A stretch of 57,152 nucleotides of DNA, the filler included, from Sphacelaria rigidula (lineage: Eukaryota): the NCBI GenBank assembly GCA_964200075.2. It is 8 parts of 8 records of this genome, joined end to end, with 100 filler letters (N's around TTAATTAATTAA, not from the genome) between each part and the next. Parts side by side here need not be neighbours in the genome. Positions count along the whole stretch, not along the records: positions 35,785 to 42,840 come from CAXNAA020016724.1; positions 42,941 to 49,996 come from CAXNAA020016725.1; 6 more parts are not named here. One strand, 5' to 3'. How positions within the stretch are numbered: position 1 is the first letter of the stretch; each line of letters begins with the position of its first letter. A program made the translations under genes and the position numbers. Below the pieces are notes generated by a model. That model saw only the letters and a list, made by a program, of their open reading frames with translations, had not been told where the DNA came from and searched no databases. Shown piece after piece: positions 35,785 through 49,112 of the stretch.

Positions 35785-36925
35785 TCGAGTGGTTAGGCAA
35801 CGCAGGTTTTGGGTCCCCCCCCCCCCCCCCCCCAGTGACGTTTCCAGCCGTTTGACGCAGTGGCTTTGGCGCTGGTCAGTTTTATCAGTCAATCCGATAT
35901 CTGTCAGTGCGGCACCAGTCACATTCGAATATGGAACATAATATCATGTTTCCGGAAATCAACGATCTGTTTGATCGGCAACTGTCACATGCCGAGCCAT
36001 TTGTTTTGTTGGAGCTCACCGCGTGCCCCGCCTGGTGCCCTGGGTTAGTGTATATATATATATATATATTTCGCTATGGCTTCGACCTTGTTCTCGCTCA
36101 GCGTTGCGGCGTCAGTCGCACTATCATTACGTACTTGAATATTACCGCTAGCACATATGCCTTGACTGAGATCGGTCCGGCCAAGCGCCCGAACGCAGGC
36201 CTTGATATCTTGAAAGCGATGCCGATTTCACAACTTCATTAATTGACGCCGTCAACAAATGGACACCTCCGGCGGTCCAAGGCTTTATTTCGCTATCAGC
36301 CCCTTTCTTCTCATTATCCGCATCTTTCACAGACTGACCCAACTGCACTTCAACACTAAACCCAGCCTGACCCAGAGAAAGGCAGACCTCGAACACTCGG
36401 GCAGCGAGGGTGTTCTATCGCTCCGTAGGCAGAGAGTGCTTTGCTCTACGGCGTAGGTACAAACCCTTCGACCCAGTGGAGGTGTTTATTTATTTGTAGA
36501 ATCGGCACCATTTTCAGGCCCTTTTCGAGCAAAAGTGATGATGCTGATTCCACAAATGAACACTCCCGGCGCTAAGGGGATTTACCGGAAGACCGCGATC
36601 TGTTAAGTCGGCATCATTTTCACTTGAAAAAAGCATGCATAGTCCAGATGGACTACAATCGCGGTGTGAGGGTCAACCCTCAGCGACCCTGCAGGTGGAC
36701 TGAGATGGACTATGCCACATCTGGGGTTCAGAACAGTTCTTTCCTCGCTATGCAAAAACGACTTTTCTCATAATCATGTGGATGCTGGGCATCTATATAG
36801 AAAATAGTCCCGGAGAACTCCTGACCCGCTTTGACCGTGCAGTCAATAGCGTACAGGGTCAGTATGCGTGCGGTATGCCTCCGCTGGATACAACGGCAAG
36901 AGGCAGCGTGCCATCGTCCTCCACT

Positions 36926-37245
36926 GGGTCGTGGGTTCAAATCTCCGAGCCATCTGGGATTTTTTCTCACCCAATGCCCAAAAGTGGACAGCGACTTTGT
37001 CGTGGGTACACAAAACTCGACTCAACGGTCGACGAGGAAAAGAGACTGCTGGACCCCTCTCGCGATAAAAAACGAAAGGCAAGCAGCGCAGAAGGAAGGC
37101 GGGAAACTATCACAACAAAAAAAGGAAAACCTCCTGTGTCGACCTTTCTCCTGTGTGACCCCGGCTGGTGCGCCCACATACACCGAAAGATGTCGACCGG
37201 CGCCCAGAAAAGATGGGATGACGACACGCACGCAAACACAGAGTG
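36926..37245 (+). mobile_element. tRNA-derived SINE, near full length (A box lost)
   Basis: B box GGTTCAAATC at ~36934. Body and tail match the other copies. Confidence 0.85.
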
Positions 37246-37263
37246 TCGATGCTGGTGTAGTCC

Positions 37264-37580
37264 TTAACCCTTAGACCGCGATGTGGGTAGTCCATCTGGA
37301 TCAGGCATAATTTTTTCAAGTGAAATTGATGGTGATTGAGCAGTTGACCTACCCTCGCAGTCAAAGGGTCAACCCTTTGACCGCTACAATAGGTCACCTG
37401 CTGAATCGGTATCAATATTCACTTGGAAAAGGATGCATGATCCAGGTGGACTACCCGCATCGCGGTCCAAGGGTTATCCCTTAGACGGCGAGAGTAGGTC
37501 ACCTGTTGAGGCATCACTTCCACTTGAAAAATATGCGTGATCCAGATCGACTACCCTCCTCGCGGTCTAAGGGTCAACCC
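37264..37580. mobile_element. Tandem array of ~100-bp piggyBac-like MITE units; related decayed unit at ~36590-36690
   Basis: TTAA|CCCTTAGACCGCG...CGCGGTC(C/T)AAGGG|T(T/C)A(A/T). Units joined at GGG-TCAA-CCC and GGG-TTAT-CCC. CCC...GGG ends with TTAA sites are the piggyBac signature. Confidence 0.75.
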
Positions 37581-39730
37581 TTTTGGCACCTTCTACTCCA
37601 CAATCGTGTGTTAGCGGCAGGTAAAAATGTTTTCGTGAGATTGAGAGTAGGGCGTTGATTGAGAATGGGTTCTATCATTCGCTTTCAGTATGCCAACTAT
37701 TCATTCCGTGTGTGCTTCTCTTTGCCTGTATCACTTGCGTGTGCTCACAGCTACACGTCGATATCTTACTCAAGAATATCAAGGGCTTGACATAATCTTT
37801 TTTCATGGCAGTCACCAATCTCGATTGTTCTGAACATCGGGGGGAACAGACACGAAGAGACCGACTTCTGGGGCTCATCCAGGCTCGTGGGGCAATATTT
37901 GCCTTTCGTCATCGAAAGAGAACGGCATGGATCCAAAATTCATATCGAGAAAAAGTGGACTGCATCCAAAAATCAGAACCCTACCGTTATTTCCGTTGTT
38001 GTTCCTCATATATATCATGCCACTGCGTCGCTTTTCGTCCGCGCTTGCGATGCGCTGGCATACAAGGAGTCTAGTTGGGTTGGCCGAACCCAATGCACAC
38101 CGAGAACACTCAGGCAAGGGCGGTACATATATTCCCTGAACGAAGTGAGGCCTTGGTGGACCCCACATTGGCGCCTGTGACGCCGATTTCAACAAAAACG
38201 CGTTCTGCGCACCCGAGGAGCACACGGGACTGTCAGCCCTACTAATATTCCGATTCTCGTTGTACACACTCAAATCAAGTAATATCAACCATGAACATTT
38301 GTAGCCCAACCCCGGTAACTGAAACCAGGAAGCTGAACCATTTTTGGGGGGGGATACGGATCGAAATTGGGCCAACATGATGTGCTCAACATGCGACAGA
38401 GCCATATGCACTGATGAACGTCACCGAGGATGGCCCTTACACAGACGATTGGAGTACAAATAGTCACCGGGTGTGCGATGTGGGCTGGGTGGGTGTTGGC
38501 ACCTCGTCATGTTTCAAGAACAAGCTAGATTGTGACGAACGAACGTAAGCTGTGTGTGCCACTACTGTACATTCTGTGATTTTTCGAGTTATGATCTATC
38601 AATTGCCGTGCACAAGAGTGCTTTTTAGAGTCCGCGGATGAGCAGTCATGTCTGGCAGTCACGTATAAGACAACATAATGCCGTTTCAACAAATAGACAG
38701 CACCCTCGGCGTTTTGGAGGTCAAGTATTCATATTGGTTTCTTCAGTTGGGGAGACCGTCGTTCTCATGATTTCAGTTGGGGTGAGGAACCTTGGTAATG
38801 TGTCACGTTTTTTATCACCCCCGACATCATATGTGGGCTCATGTGAACGCTGGGGTCCCATGTATGAAGAAAAAAACTTACGGGGTCAGGGCCTTTCCGA
38901 AATGTTCATAGCATAACATTTTCGGTGACGAAGTTGGGTTCCGCTGCATTTTCGATGTCGACAAACCACGCAACACCCCTTCACTTCGTCACCGGAACTA
39001 CTTCACTCTTTGTGGATGTAGATGGCTCCACCATATCGGAAACAGAGGACGAGTCAGACTCGACTCATACGAGTCATCGGCAACGAACTCACGTCTAATT
39101 TAACAATCCACAACTACGACTGGGGCTCGTTACACGTGTGAAGACTCGACACTGCAGACTTGACACTGCAGATTCTCGGAGTTGGTGTTGGACTGACTGT
39201 CCTTAGTCACACCTGCCTCCGTTCGAGGTTGTTCGTGACGAAAAAAGCTGGGGACGTCGGCTGTGACGCGCCCCTCGAATAGTTACCATCCTTAACTTTT
39301 ATTTTAATAAGCGACGGTGTGGACGGTGGTGCTCCGACACCGTGTAGGCGTCGGCCGTCTCAGAACCCCAAATTCATTGCATCTGAGGAGAACGAAGGAG
39401 TAAATTGGACTGTCAACACAACAGTGCCCGCATTTTTGGAGTAGATTCTGTTAGTTTCAGTCACACAGATTTTGTGTAGCCGTGCATGCAATGAAAAACG
39501 GTTGGGCACAAAGCATGGTGGTGCAAGTTCGGAATTTGCTGTCATGTCTTTGACCAGTGAAGTTGCAGAGTGTGGAGGCTCACAGCCAAGGTAAACGCGA
39601 ATTATTATCTCCGCGAGTAGTAAGTACGAGGCGCTCGTCCTATGCGTTCATGATAAACCGCACATGCATGTCGACCACTCCCGAAAGTGGTACTCACTGC
39701 GCAATTTCGTGCGAACGTGTGCCGATGCAG

Positions 39731-40033
39731 GCACTTCTTGTCAAGCTACCCACGTCTTGTGAGCCGTTGCCGGGTGCTGGTGAAAGAAGACACCTGGAAA
39801 CGGGTCGACACGATAGACTCAACAGGGAAAATGAGAGCCCACGATCATGCGTTTGTCAAGGCTGGACCACACTTCATGTACGGGCGCAGCGAAGGGACAA
39901 GAGGCGCAGATGGATTGTTGAACATCGCTGTATTTGGTGGCGTGAAGAATTTCACGCTTTTCAAGACTACCCAATCCTCGTTTACTAACTTCCACGTGGA
40001 CAACAACACTTCGCTTCCTGAAGCGACGGACAG
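39731..40033 (+). CDS. UOX: Urate oxidase (uricase), internal exon
   Basis: CAG acceptor and GTTAG donor. HFLSSYP...W...HDHAF...LFKTTQSSF...SLPEATDR match conserved uricase motifs (H-x-H-x-F, KTTxSxF, LPExxDR). Confidence 0.93.
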
Positions 40034-40403
40034 GTTAGCAAGAGGATGGGAATACGATTGTCCGGGAGAGAGATGGGTTGATCGCGTAAGACTACGGCCT
40101 CGTCCCGAGAAAGGAAAAAGGTTGAAAGTGTACCAAATTTGTACCTACATATGTATAGCTGCACGTTCGAGCAGACGCTTCTCCTCGGGGGAACAGGCGG
40201 TGTTCGTACCATATTGTAGTTCTGCCTTTGGAGTAGAGTGCTATGAATCGTTAAAGTACACGATGAGAGAGCATTTTATGTGTTCAGATAACTTCTGCTG
40301 GAAACGTAGCGGGTTTTGATGGAAGTTCTTACTCTGATCCTTCAACAATACTTTTCGCGTGAAAAGAAAGCGAGGCGAACAAAATCTCTTCAAAATATAT
40401 GTG

Positions 40404-40607
40404 GTGCTATCTGAAAGGATTCCGACACGCTTGAGGCGATTTTTGGTGGGCACACTTTGACTCTCGGCTGAAAAGAAACATATCGCTCACACTTTTTAGA
40501 TTCGTGGCATCTGCAAGCATTGTGCGATTTATTGTTTCGCGACCAAAAGTCAAGTTGCACGCACAACAAGTCGCCCCCACGTATGCCGGAATCCTCCCCG
40601 ATAGCAC
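40404..40607. repeat. ~200-bp degenerate hairpin (MITE-like) in the uricase intron
   Basis: GTGCTATC..AGGATTCCG.CA versus TGCCGGAATCCT...GATAGCAC, with complementarity continuing toward the centre. Confidence 0.65.
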
Positions 40608-41298
40608 AACAAATCATCATGAGGTGGTATTATCCGCCTCGCCGTCTTTTGACCCGATAAATGCTGCAGCAGGGTCAAAACAGACCCGTCTGATGCAAAA
40701 ACGTTCTCGTTTCCAGAAGAAATGGTTCCAGAACGCTCAGTTTTTTCAGAGATGAAATTGGAACGTCACATCGTAAGTCGGGTGACTGCGCTTGTGTGCG
40801 ATACTTGAAGGGTTACCCTGATAACATCAGCGTGGCATTGCGTGCGCTATGCGATCCCGAGGCACGATCCTTTTTTCGCAGTGGAACCGAGTAAACTCTA
40901 CAAAACTTCAAGAGATGTAAACTGGTTGCCATTTCAATGGGTTTGCTTCGAATATCTGGCACATCTAGACAGCCATTTGGCAGCGCTTCCGATTCACCAG
41001 TTATTTCCCCCGACAAGTATCATACTCCAGGGTATTTTGTGTATGCTTGTCATCCTGCAACCCGTATTGGAATCGTATCGAACGACACAAACTCGGATGT
41101 GCTGTACGACTGTACATGTGACGACAGCAGACCGAAGGGATAACTGGGTCAGATAAAAGCATGTTGATATCCTGTGATGTCATTTTCCCGTCAAGGTTTG
41201 CGACATCATCCGTATCCTCCGTTTCGGACGTGAGTGCGACTGTCGATTGTGACATAACTGCACAACCGTGCGCGCTCTTTGAATTCGTTCCCTCACAG

Positions 41299-41665
41299 GC
41301 TATTGGGTACATGCATGGATGGGGAGTGGTCATACGACAAGGCGGGTTCGTGCTCGTTCTTACAGGACCGCAGTCGGATCATGGACGCACTGGTGAACAA
41401 GTTCGCTGGGCCTGCTGATACGGGGGTCGCAAGCCCTTCTGTCCAGCATACATGCTTTCAAATGGGGTCGGCTATACTGGCGGCGGTTCCCTCTATCAGC
41501 GAGGTCACACTGTACATGCCAAATGTGCACAATCTACCATTTGACCTCAGCAAGTATGGATTGGTGAACGCTGATCAGACCGGTCTACCGAGTATTTTTT
41601 ACCCGGTGGATGAGCCCCACGGAATAATCCAAGCTACAATCCAGCGTCCCAAGTCAAAGCTGTAA
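41299..41665 (+). CDS. UOX: Urate oxidase (uricase), terminal exon with peroxisomal PTS1 (SKL)
   Basis: Phase-2 join restores DR-LLGT. Contains FAGP..G..SPSVQ, MPNVH and PVDEPHGIIQA, and ends SKL*. Confidence 0.95.
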
Positions 41666-42654
41666 CAACGAGGAAGAACGTGAAACAAATATTTTTGCAA
41701 CGTGAGTAGCTTGACGTTTCTCGCTTTTCGGGTCTTGTCAGTAGTGTCACTGATAAGAACGCAGTTCGATATCTTGGCTCTACATCGCTGTGCTGAGTTG
41801 GCCTCTCATAGCACAGAACATCATTCTTGACTGTCGTCTTCCGTGTTTACTGGTTGGTAGTACCTGTCTCTTCTTGTCTGGTGGCCATGTACGCGTAGTT
41901 CTAGCGAAGGGTTCGATTTCTGTGAAATGGAGCGCGCCTTGTTTCGTGCTGTCTTCTTTCTGGATGTCGTTCATCATGGGTCGCTCTTGTTATCTTGGTG
42001 TCTGCGTTTTTGCAGTTTAAAGGAATACTTCGAAGTAATGGGTATTGTGTGGGGTATCGCCGTGTAGCTCTCCTGTTTTACGGTCCAGGAAGGGTTACAG
42101 TGTATCATGCTCATCTGTGATGATGATTCTACCCTGATGTTCTCCATCTTGACTCTTTTTTGTGTGCGTTGCGCTACGTAATGGTATGGACTGATTTGAG
42201 CTATTTTTTTTGTAACAACAAAATGACCTTCTCTTTCTCATGGCTTGATGTACCATTTTGTTTCATTTCCCGCTACTCGCCGATCCTGTTTTGACGTTGT
42301 CCTGATTCTCACGTTCGTGTTTTTTTCGTTACGAACTACCCTCGTTTACTATTATTGTTTGTAGTTGTTTGTTCTTCACGATCGTTACGTCACAATTTAG
42401 CTGCCTGTACTTGCGTATGGTCGTGAAGGGTGGGCCCAAGACAAACAGCGCTCAACCATATTCTTCACTCTGTGCTTCGGGCGTTTCCTGTTTTTTGGGG
42501 TTGACGCACATCGCCAATTTGGGGACCTCACACACATTGTCGATTCGGGGATCTTCACTTGAAAACCACAGATGATATACAAGGTTTTCGGCGCTTCGCG
42601 TTATCGCTCAATTTGACCGTATTCAGCTCTAGGGATAATATATGGAGTGAAGCC

Positions 42655-42840
42655 GGTCGCCCCGGTGGCTCAGTTGGTATCCTCGAAACCTTCTGACGGG
42701 CGGGTTGTGGATTCAAAATCTCGGAGCGAACTGGGAATTTTTCTCACACCATGCCCAACAGTGGAGAGCGACCATGTCGTGAGTACACAAAGTTCGACTT
42801 AACGGTCGACGAGGGAAAGGGACTGCCGAACCCCTCTAGA
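42655..42840 (+). mobile_element. tRNA-derived SINE, head and body (cut by contig end)
   Basis: TCGCCCCG/CGGAGCGA acceptor-like stem, A box TGGCTCAGTTGG at 42666-42677 and B-box-like GGATTCAAAATC. Confidence 0.85.
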
Positions 42841-42940
42841 NNNNNNNNNNNNNNNNNNNNNNNNNNNNNNNNNNNNNNNNNNNNTTAATTAATTAANNNN
42901 NNNNNNNNNNNNNNNNNNNNNNNNNNNNNNNNNNNNNNNN
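42841..42940. other. Artificial contig linker
   Basis: 44 N + TTAATTAATTAA + 44 N. Confidence 0.98.
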
Positions 42941-45900
42941 ACCATCGCTGAAAGTGTGGGGATAGCACTGTTTTAGGCTTGAACCTCATCTCAAAGTTAA
43001 ACCTCAATTCGCACAATTTGTTGTTCAAAGCTGTTTACCTCCTACGATACAACGGCAGTGTTGGTATTACACTCTCCGACGATCCTCAACTTTTGGGAGT
43101 TGCACGAGTTCGCCGAAATGGCATACCAGTACTTACGGGTCATTATCTTGCTGAAATGCTACCCCGTATTAGCCTACCAGCCAACACAGAACATTTTGTC
43201 CCGGCGGGACAACAACTCCTCCCTCTTACGGGTCATGCTTGGAACCCGGCGATATTTGAGGAATCGCCGCTGCTCCTCGGATGCACATCCCACTCGAGAC
43301 GTGCGTAACAGAGCCTGCCGAGCCCAACGCACCATCTCCGACGGCGTCAGTCCATTGTGTCGATGAACCTTTTTTCGATATCGCTTCTGCGACTCCACCC
43401 CATGTCCACGCCGTGGATCCTGCCGAGTCAAACGATCCTCCTCCTGAAAAGCTTCAACGCTCATCAACATATTCTCGGAATCATTTCTTGCAAAAGTGGT
43501 CTCAACTGCCGCCACACATGCGTGATATCAATTTTGACCTTCATGGACCCGGCTGGGAACCGGCAGTCATCTGAGAACTCAGTGATGTCCTGCTACAGTA
43601 CCAAGACTGATTTTCTCGATCCAAGACGGATCTTGGGCACTGCAAAACGCTGCCCTTTGAGGTTACCCTCCAACCCGGCGTCTCATCAATCTCTTCTCGA
43701 CCGTACCGGACAAACCCAATCCTTACCAAGAAGGTCAATACCATCTTGGATGCACATTCGGGAGCGGGATTAATACAACATTCCTTCTCTCTTTGGGCCT
43801 CGCCCCTTGTGGTCGGTCCGCAAAAGGATGTAAACATGCGCATAACCGTGAATTACCAACGGTTGAACCGCGTCACTGAGATTGGTAAACTTCCAATCCT
43901 CCGCGTTGATGAAGTCTTCGACTCCTTATGCGAAGGCGAAATATTCAGCACCTTCGACCTCGCTTCTGTCTTTTTTTTTAGAATGCTATCCCCCCTGACA
44001 CAGTCCCACTAACGGCCTCTTGTACCTCGTCCGGGCTCTACGAGTGGCTTCGAATGCCACAAGGCGCTGCCACTGCTCCGGATGCTTTCATCGCTTAATG
44101 CAACGCGTCACCGAGGGCCTCGAGCACATCATCATGTACCTAGATGACGCTATCGCTTTTGATGCCTCACCTATTGCACACATCCGCACTCTACGAGAAC
44201 TTCTCTCTCGCACACGAACACACGACTTGAAACTGCCTCCATCCAAAGGTCGCCTCGGTGCGACTGACTTAAATTTCCTGCGTCCATTCAATTTCGCCAG
44301 CAGGACTACATCCGGATACAAACAAAGTCAGGGCGATGACGGACTTACCGATGACAACCAACATCTCTCGACTTCGCTCATTGTTGGGCGGACTATCCTA
44401 CTACCGCAAACGTTTACCGAATTCATCTAAACGGATTCGCCCCCTTACTGAGTTACTCAAGAAATGAGCCGTGTTTACCTTCACAACCGATATGGAGAAT
44501 ACCACCGAAAGCCGGTACTCTGTTTTCCTAATTGGGAGGCAAAACAAGATGGCTCTCGCCATCGTTATCTCCACATTGACGCCAGCACAGACGGATTTGG
44601 AGGAGTTTTGAATCAACCTCAGGTTGATGGCTCCGTTCGAACCATCCTCTACATCAGCCGCGCCACCCTGCCCAGCGAGGCCAACTGGAGCCCGCTAGAA
44701 TTGGAAGGTGGAGTGATCACTTGGGCCACTAAGCGCCTTCGGCGATATTTGTTTCACGTGCCCTTTGAGATTTATACCGATCATGGAGCACTCGAACAAC
44801 TCGCCAAGGTTGGCGAACACAACCCGCGTGTGCAAAAATGGCTGGAGTTTCTGACAGCATTTCACTATACCATTAAGCACCGTCCAGGCAAAATCAACGA
44901 GAACGCTGATCTTCTTTCTCGACTACCCCTGCCGCCTACGGCCGCAGATTTCAGCCCGGCTTGCTGTTCAACTGACCTGATGAACCCGGAATCTACCCGA
45001 TTAGACGTTCTTCAACGCCCGTTTATGCCCTCGATCTCCAGTGCCCAGAAACTGGTATGCATGTGGGAGGACCTCGCCCTCTACCATATGACACCATCTT
45101 GGGTGAGTGAAAGCCCACAACTGCGGGCTTTGTGGACTTCCGTACTTTTGGTACTCACGCGAAGCTTTCCACGGGAAAACCTTCGGTCACCCATCTAATC
45201 TTCGACAACACGCGCTCCCGGTCTGCGCCCGCCCCACCCCTCCGAGTGCCCCGCCGCCACTGATAACACCTGCAAATTCCACGAGCCACGCAGGACCTGT
45301 CCCACGGACCAGCACGCAACGCTCCGCGAAAGCTCGGACAATCTTCGCTGCGCACTGATACAGCCCCGCCGCGCATAACGGTGGCACTAACATCTACCGC
45401 TCCCGAGCATAGAGTCGACGACTCAGCTCCTGCTCCCGGGGCAGATATTGACGTCGGCATTTCTGTCCCGTCGCCTATTCCCCCGCTGCCTACCGCACCA
45501 TGTTTGGTCAGCTCTCCAGCAGAAGGTAAACTGCGCGAGTTTTTCGCCAGCTACTCTCACTGCGACTGGGCTCGCGAAAAAAACTCGGAACCATTATGTC
45601 GAGCAGCCATCCGGTACTTTGACTGTCCAATCCCTTTTCCGTCCGCCATTCTGGCCCCGGTGGGCACACTGCCACCACCAGATATCTCTGACGTACGAAC
45701 TCGTGCGTAAAGGCACTACTGTTAATACGGATGAAGGCGAACAACTACTCGTGCGTCGCTCCACGCCTTTGACGGGCGCAATTTCCGTCTCAACCATGAG
45801 ACGCCACGCACGACTACTCGATGGCGAACCAATGCCCATATATCTCCCATTATTAATGCGCCCCTAGGTCATGAAAGGCTGTCACACAGACTTGTCATGT

Positions 45901-47063
45901 CACCTTGGCGTCACCCGCACCCTAGCGCTCTTGGAACGATTTTACTGGTGGGTTGGCATGGAAATTTCCACCCGCTTCTGGGTTCGGCGATGCTTCAAAG
46001 GCCAAGCCCTAAAACCTTCACGACAGACAGTACGCTGGTCCGTCATCTCTATGGGACTCCCCAATGCCCCAGACCACCTTGTGTCCTTTGACTACTTTGG
46101 CCCTCTACGGACCACTGGTCGCGTCAACACCTATATCTTACTCTTCACTGACCGCTTCAGCCGCCACGTGTCCATGTACGCGGTAACCGCTGCATATTTC
46201 ACTGCCGCCGGAACGGCCGATATATCGGTCCACGGCTACATTAAGCACTACGGTTGCCCGAAACGACTCCTTTCAGACCAATTTCTCTCAGATCTCTCTG
46301 ATAAGCTCTACAAGCTCCTGGGCATCCGCAAAATTGCCACTAGCGCCTGCCACCCGAACGGTAACAATGGTACCGAAAGAGTTAATCACACCATGGCCCA
46401 GATGATCTCTATGGTCGTCAATGACCGCCAAAATGACTGGGACCTACATCTCTCGCACATCATGGTGTCCTACAACAACTCGATTAACGCCGCCACAGGC
46501 CTTTCCCGGAACGAACTCCGTCTTGGACGTTACCCTCGGTTGCCCATCACCGCGTTTGAGCGACACACGTTCGATGGCCACCAAGGATTGGATCAGGATC
46601 AGATATCCTATCACGAACTAGCGCACTCACGACAATGCAAATCGTTCACCCTCGTGCGCGAACAACACGCTATCAACGCCACGCGCCTTGAGAGATCCAA
46701 CACTGCTCTCTACAACGTCCTGGACAAATGCCTCGACTGGAAAGTTGGTGATTGGGTTTGGATCTACAACAGTTTGTCGACCATCCGCCAAGGCACCAGC
46801 AAAGCCGCCAACGAAACAACTTTGAAGACAAAATTGCCCATCAACTGGACAGGACCTTTCAAGTTCCTGACAGTTGGATCATCGCCATCATCACTGGATG
46901 ATAAACCCGTTGGTGACAAACTGCTCTACCTCGACCTGCCTCACGACCTCCAGGGCAAGGACACCAAACCCCGCGTCTCGGTGCACAGATGCAAAGCCTG
47001 CAGGAACCCGCATGATAAAAGCGAGATGCCCAAGCATCTACCTGCCGGACTCAAACGGTACGT
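42941..47063 (+). mobile_element. Second Ty3/gypsy retrotransposon, pol region (RT, RNase H, integrase), degenerate
   Basis: RT WASPLVV, RITVNYQRLN, FDLAS and YLDD (43746-44300). RNase H DAS..GFG, ELE, YTDH and NADLLSR (44464-44940). Integrase follows RNase H. Many frameshifts. Confidence 0.95.
45871..47063 (+). pseudogene. Gypsy integrase (HHCC zinc-finger remnant and DDE core)
   Basis: CHTDLSCHLGVTRT...FYWW, FDYFGPL, FTDRFSR, LLSD, NNGTERVNHT, WTGPF. Small deletion after LSD. The ORF tail beyond ~47063 looks unrelated. Confidence 0.92.
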
Positions 47064-49112
47064 TGTCAGGTACGAGTGTGAACTTGTAAATAAGATATCA
47101 ATTGGGGTGTCGTGCCACACCCAAGCACTACACCCCCCTCCCAGCAAGGGAGTCTAACATCGATGAGACTGACTGATAGAGTGTGAGAGGTCGGATACTG
47201 TGAGGATTGAGATAAAGTAATCAAGAAGAGACATTATCTACCTACGCGTGACATTCTGATACCTTTGACACGTGTGTGAGGGTGGTACGCAGTGTAAACA
47301 TATACTGCATAACACTTGTGCCTATTGTGCGGCTTGTTTGTCCAGCCTGTTGACTGGCCCCCCGCCTTGCCTATTGAGCCTGCGCTTGCCATACGTCCAG
47401 CACAATCCCATGACACTTCCCCCTGATTAGACGATAAGTACGATATGCGGATCACGCCCCAACTTGTTTGTGTCGATGAGATATGGCCGCGAGAGTTTGA
47501 ATCCGTTTTCAGGCTGGTCCAGGTCGTATTGATCCCCTGAAGGACCACCCGAAAAAACTACAGATTCGGTCACCATCTAAGAGGTTGGTAGTTGTGAACT
47601 TCAGCCTCATAGAAAAAAGGTTGCCCATGAGAACGGGTGCCCAGTTCAGAGGTTCCAACAAGGTCGACAGCCCACCATAAACGGCCGCTACAAAGAAGAA
47701 CGTCATTTTGTATTTGCCGCGCATTATCGATGATAGATGTTCAGTCGTGCATTCAAAGTTGATAATTTTGTTTGATGCAAGAGGCTTTGTCACCTTCTAT
47801 TGTCTCCGAGTGGAAGCTATCGCTGTTGCGGAGGCAAGCGGCGATATGAACATGATGGAGGATTCTGAAAAGTGGGGGTCGAGACTGACAATGGGATTGA
47901 AGCTGCCTTCCGAAAAGGCACATTTCCCCCGAAACTTGCGGATCTTTTGTTGCTGTTGCCGCTAAGCACGTGTGGCTAGTTTCAATCAATACTGTGTACA
48001 GGTGTGTCGATGATGATATCACCAGAGAAGCAATGATATCACAGGAGAAGCAACGGTGGAGAGAAAGTTCCTCGTCCGTGCCCGTTTTGTGTCCTCGTTC
48101 GGCGATTTCCAATCGCTGGAAAGAGTTTCATCACGCTACCAGCACATACCCAGTTTGCCATCGTCGGCACACGAAGGGCAGATGGTTTCGTGTGCAGCTC
48201 CCTAAGAAGATCCGTGTGCCCAGGGTTGCCGTATTTTGACTGATGATCGTCTCTTGTCTGTGGCGCTGACCAATGCAATTCTCTCTCTGCCTCTCTTTTC
48301 GGATAGGACATACCTCTATGCGCTACAAAACACCGTCGAAAAACAGGGCGATGTTCCCGTCACCACTACTGTTCTCACACACACGCACGTGCGAGCAAGG
48401 ACGGTTTGCGGCAAGATCTAATCGCATGTCGGGGGGGTGTTGTTGTTTTCGTCGTTGATATTGCCCGACGTTTAGCACAAGGACACGAGTCATGCACATC
48501 CCAGTTGGGGGCATGCATAAGAGATCAGACACCCATGGAGACCTTCTTAGCATGCGGAGTGAGACACTTTCTACGACAGCCTCCCCCAAAAACCAGCCCA
48601 AAAGTGTCACGAAAAACATGGTCATACAGCGCCTGATGTTTGGGTTCAGGCTGCATGAAGCGCTTCATAGTGGCGACATTGGCTAGAACGAACCCAAGCG
48701 TGGTAATCCCCAGCTGTTCGTTGTGCTCGGCTTTTCCCGTTTTGATTTACATGGAAGTGTTGCCTTCCAAAACATGCACGTTTGGGGGGGGCGGCTATCG
48801 TAGAAAGTGTCGTGAAAAATGATAAATCTGGCGGTGGCTTAGCTGTGGCTAGCGTGACCCATATGGGGGCTGGCATACTGCACTATGTGCGCTCATCTGA
48901 TATACAGTTGGTCGCGTGCGCAGAGGTGTGTATGTGTGTTTCTTACAAGATTCGACTCTGAGGAGGCCATCGCGAGTTGAGACGAGATATGTTTCCACCA
49001 GGGACAAAGTTTATCCATCTGCCGTTTCATTTGTGACCCACGCCAAGAGCTGTTCCAATTCCAATTTCACAAAGTAAAGTTGGTTTCTGCTGTGGGTAAA
49101 AATTCGACTAAG

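Noticed and set aside
42655-42730. Functional tRNA gene (also 35543-35615 and 5335-5410)
   Set aside because: A and B boxes are present but there is no proper D stem or anticodon arm, and each is embedded in a dispersed repeat.
47064-47253. Solo LTR (TGTCA...TGACA) truncating the gypsy integrase
   Set aside because: The ends are suggestive, but there is no target-site duplication and no second copy in the window.
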